A stretch of DNA of 63,526 nt, the filler included, from Craspedostauros australis (taxonomy: Eukaryota): assembly GCA_030167865.1 (NCBI GenBank). It is 13 parts of 13 records of this genome, joined end to end, with 100 filler letters (N's around TTAATTAATTAA, not from the genome) between each part and the next. Parts side by side here need not be neighbours in the genome. Positions count along the whole stretch, not along the records: positions 57,312 to 62,315 come from JALAGF010004014.1; positions 62,416 to 63,526 come from JALAGF010004021.1; 11 more parts are not named here. One strand, given 5' to 3'. Position numbers and translations under genes: made by a program. Below the pieces are notes generated by a model that was not told the origin of the DNA, made no database searches, and saw only the letters and a program-made list of their open reading frames with translations. Positions 60,301-63,526 of this stretch are shown here, piece after piece. Position 1 is the stretch's first letter; every line of letters starts with the position of its first letter.

Positions 60301-61344
60301 TGTGGCTGTGCCGAGAACGAGTGCATGCTGAATGCCATAGACGACCTGAGGGAGGTCCGGGATGACAGCGGACAGCACCCTGATCTCTCCCTTGGTGAGG
60401 CCCTTGGTCAAGAGCTTCCGAAGGGCGGAAAGCCGTCGAGGATCGTCGAGAGCGGATGATGTGTGTTGGTCAGCTGCTGGGGAGTGTGTTGAAGAAGTGC
60501 CGGGATGGCTGGGCGAAGAAAGGTTGCTGCGAGCCCGCTCGCTTTCCAATGATGTGGAAAGGGTCTTGTCACCCATGTTGAGGGATGACATGATGACTTT
60601 GGCGTGGATGTCTTCTTCGTCGCGAGGCAAGCATAGGATCTGGTTGCATAGATCCATCAATGCAGACTTGATCCCAGCGTACGGTTGCTCCGCATTCATC
60701 TTGGAGATCTCGCACTTGCCAGACACGAAGAAGCCGTGGAAGGGGCGGTGCACGTTGCTGCTGCTGTTGGTGGCAGTGTTGGCAACGGTGGCGTTGTGCG
60801 TTGCCGCAAATTTCTTGACTTGCATGGCAAGTGCAGTCTTTCCACTTCCCGAATGTCCCGAGATGAGAACGAGCGTTCTCTTGGATGATCGTACCGTTTG
60901 CAACATCATCTCATCGTCGATGTTGGATGATGACTCTGTTGACGAGTCTGTTGTCGCATTCGCTGGCTCCTCCGAGATACTGTGACAATGAGCTGTGCTG
61001 TTGGCTTTGTCCACGTGGACAAAGGATTGCTTCTCGCGTCGCAGGCAGGTGATGTTGAATACGTGTCGCAGCATGCGGATCTCCTTGCTCCTGCCAATGA
61101 GACCGACTGCCTCGAAGGGTAATTCCTGGTCATTCCGCTGAAGCGGGTTCTGTGAGTCAAATGGAGTGATGGCAGACGAAGCATCGTCGATCACGCTGCC
61201 ATCTTCCTGCGTAGACTGCCGCTTCAGCTGTGGCTTTGATGTGATAGCATCGACATCATCGACGGCATCATTGGTCACATCATGTTGGATGGAGATACCG
61301 GCGTTGTTGGCATCGGTGCGGCGTGAGATGGCTCCGGGCGTCAT
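57312..61344 (-). CDS. Second, distant COG3899/HstK-like STAND ATPase; extreme 3' end truncated
   Basis: LIGRSKEIRML, Walker A GHSGSGKT, GKCE..EQPYAGI, Walker B FVIDDIQW, KTGGNPFF, FSHDKVQEAA, ALANERLA and YREWGA. ATG at 61344 is preferred over 61428. Confidence 0.87.
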
Positions 61345-62415
61345 TGTCGGATTGCACAATAGCGTGATGTGCAAGTCTGTGATACTCGATGCAATATGTG
61401 ATGCGCAGTGTGATCGTACGTATGGCACGAGGGCATGAATTGAGCCGGGATGTGCGCGGAACGCGAGAGAATGAGATTATGTGCTTGCTTGCGTCTGTGA
61501 TGGCGTCTGGTCATTCCATCACGCTCCTTGCTGTGTGATTTGATGCTTCGTGTGGACAGTTTGTTCCCTCGACGTTCTCCCGCATGTTGTCACATGTCCA
61601 CGAAAACGAAACATGGACTCTTGAGCAGGGCCGCCGCAGACGATGAACAGCTGTGACTGTGACTCCATCTGTCCATCCAACCAGCGAAAACTTCTTGGTG
61701 CCATGGTTGTGCCAGCCGACGGTCCGCCCATGTTTGGCACCGGCGATGTTGTGACTCCTCATGTGGTCAACCAATCGCACAAAGTAGAGAACGTTGGAGT
61801 GATACTCTCTTGTGCAAGCTCGTTGACGCAGAAGGCATGAACCTCGACAAGAAAGTGAGAGGCATGATTCTCCCTCAGGAGGATACGGAAAAGCACAGAC
61901 CAGCGCGTCAAGTCTTGGAGCGTGTCTAAATTGTTAATTCTGACTTTCCAAAAAGGTCTGAAAATAGGGTTATTTTTTGAGAGGAATACGCGAATTGTAT
62001 TTTCCCAAAGGTGCACTTGTCTGCGTGTCATCAGTGCTGTACGCGTCACTCTGTGTGGTTTGTCTGTTGTGACAACAACTGTGTGTTCGTTGACACAGAT
62101 TGGCGTGTGTGGTTCTTTTGATGACTTCAGCTGTTGTGGTGCTTGATCCACACAAGGTGCCTCTGTTCTGGTACACAGCCGGCAAGTGTCATTGCACAAG
62201 GAGCGTTGGTAAATTGTTTGTTGGGTCGAAGTTGTTGGTGTACGGTCGCATGACAGACGGTGCAGCAGCAAATCCCATGTTCACAGCCTCTGCACAGTCG
62301 GAAATAATCATAATCNNNNNNNNNNNNNNNNNNNNNNNNNNNNNNNNNNNNNNNNNNNNTTAATTAATTAANNNNNNNNNNNNNNNNNNNNNNNNNNNNN
62401 NNNNNNNNNNNNNNN

Positions 62416-62601
62416 GTTGGCATCCTTCCTCTTGTCGTTGGCTGTCAACTCCAGGAGCTTCGCCTTGGCGGCGTTGGCATTGGCGTCGATTTTGTCATCT
62501 GCGACTGCCTTCTTGTTGGTGTTCAGCACCGCGTCGACGCCGTTGGAGACGAGGCTCTGAGCCACGACGAGAGCGAGGATGTCTTTCTTGATGATCGGCA
62601 T
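62416..62601 (-). CDS. 5' end of a probable secreted protein, truncated by the spacer
   Basis: MPIIKKDILALVVAQSLVSNGVDA is signal-peptide-like with a V-D-A site; a CA-rich leader precedes it. Confidence 0.55.
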
Positions 62602-63075
62602 GGTTGTTGGTGCGTGTTGGTGCGAATTGGTGCGAATGCGTGTCTGTGTCTGTGTCTGTGTTGCTTTGTTGTGCCGAATTATGAGAACAGCAGCATTCAG
62701 GGGATGCAGGGTGCAAGGAAGAGATGGATCCAGTTGTTGCTATCCGTGTGTATCAAAGCTCGTGCATACGACAACTCTGCTCCACAGTGGCTGGCTTGTG
62801 TGTTTGTTGCCTTGTGTGTTTGTTGCCTTGTTTGCCTGTGTATCGGTGTGCAGAGGCATCGCCAAACTTCTCTGTCTGCTTCTTGTTTCTGGACAAAAGA
62901 GAAACGAGCGATGGCAAGCAGTTGCCTCTGACACAAGCGAGTGCCTCTTCGACGAAATCACCAACTTCGTCACCTCCAATTGCGGCCAGCAGGCGCCGAA
63001 CAGCCAGGATTGAGCGGCCAACGGAGAGGTTGGTGGGACTTCATTGCCTCAACAGGAACTGAAAGTTTCGCGTGA

Positions 63076-63157
63076 AGATCTCCACGTGAACTGTCTGTGC
63101 AGATCTCCAAGTGAACCCTCTGAGCAGATCTCCAAGTGAACCCTCTGAGCAGATCTC
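63076..63157. repeat. 25-nt tandem repeat x3.3 (AGATCTCCAmGTGAACysTCTGwGC)
   Basis: AGATCT occurs at 63076, 63101, 63126 and 63151; units 2 and 3 are identical. Confidence 0.9.
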
Positions 63158-63526
63158 ACAGACATGTTCACCTCACATTTTCCGCGGTGTTCGCTGGCCG
63201 ACACATCTTCCGCTTTGGAGAATTGTCACTGGGCCACTACTTCTGGACATTTATGACCCGTGGCAGCGAACGATTCTGCATTCTCGCCTTGTCGTGACTC
63301 AGATTGTCAAAAACATGTATACTGATATTCTATACAAAAACATAATCGATACCACCGTACGATCTTGTACATATAACAATGGTCTTCATCCGACCTTTGC
63401 TTCAAAAGTTATAGATCTTTATCTGTCACGCACAACGCCGTCTTACCTTCCACCTCACTCACTCGGCAAAGCGATAGCACTAGTTGTAGAGTTTTTTGCC
63501 CTCCAACGTGGGATTAGTCGTGTTGC

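Noticed and set aside
63076..63157. CRISPR array (also considered for 29880-29940)
   Set aside because: The units are head-to-tail with no unique spacers, there are no cas genes, and the context is eukaryotic.
1..63526. Whole window as a defence island (STAND, ANK-BTB, LRR, CR-like NTPase, TEs)
   Set aside because: These genes lie on separate contigs, so physical clustering cannot be inferred.

Overview
Eukaryotic, almost certainly diatom, nuclear DNA. The evidence is ASAF-type bipartite plastid presequences on leuB and ctpA, GT-AG introns, and diatom-type LRR, GT8, VSR, copia and LINE families. The window is not one contiguous locus: 13 contigs are joined by 12 artificial 100-nt N44-TTAATTAATTAA-N44 spacers, so adjacency across spacers means nothing, and several contigs are redundant haplotype or duplicate versions of each other. 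Housekeeping-type genes are two cytochrome P450 paralogs, a vacuolar sorting receptor, a head-to-head plastid leuB/ctpA pair, and a GT8-like glycosyltransferase plus PIG-A (two versions, one with a CGA>TGA stop). Candidate recognition/defence genes are COG3899/HstK-like STAND ATPases with no visible kinase or sensor domains (three versions of one gene plus a distant paralog), an ankyrin-BTB gene whose repeats vary mainly at the binding face plus a decayed inverted paralog, a membrane LRR protein and a Crinkler/RHS-like P-loop NTPase. Mobile DNA comprises an APE-RT-RNase H non-LTR retrotransposon with an intact ORF2 (Ambal-like) and a structured 3' UTR, an older fragment of the same family, a copia 3' end with a TATTG...CAATA LTR, and LTR-like remnants. 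All family assignments come from motif recognition by eye; no database searches were run.
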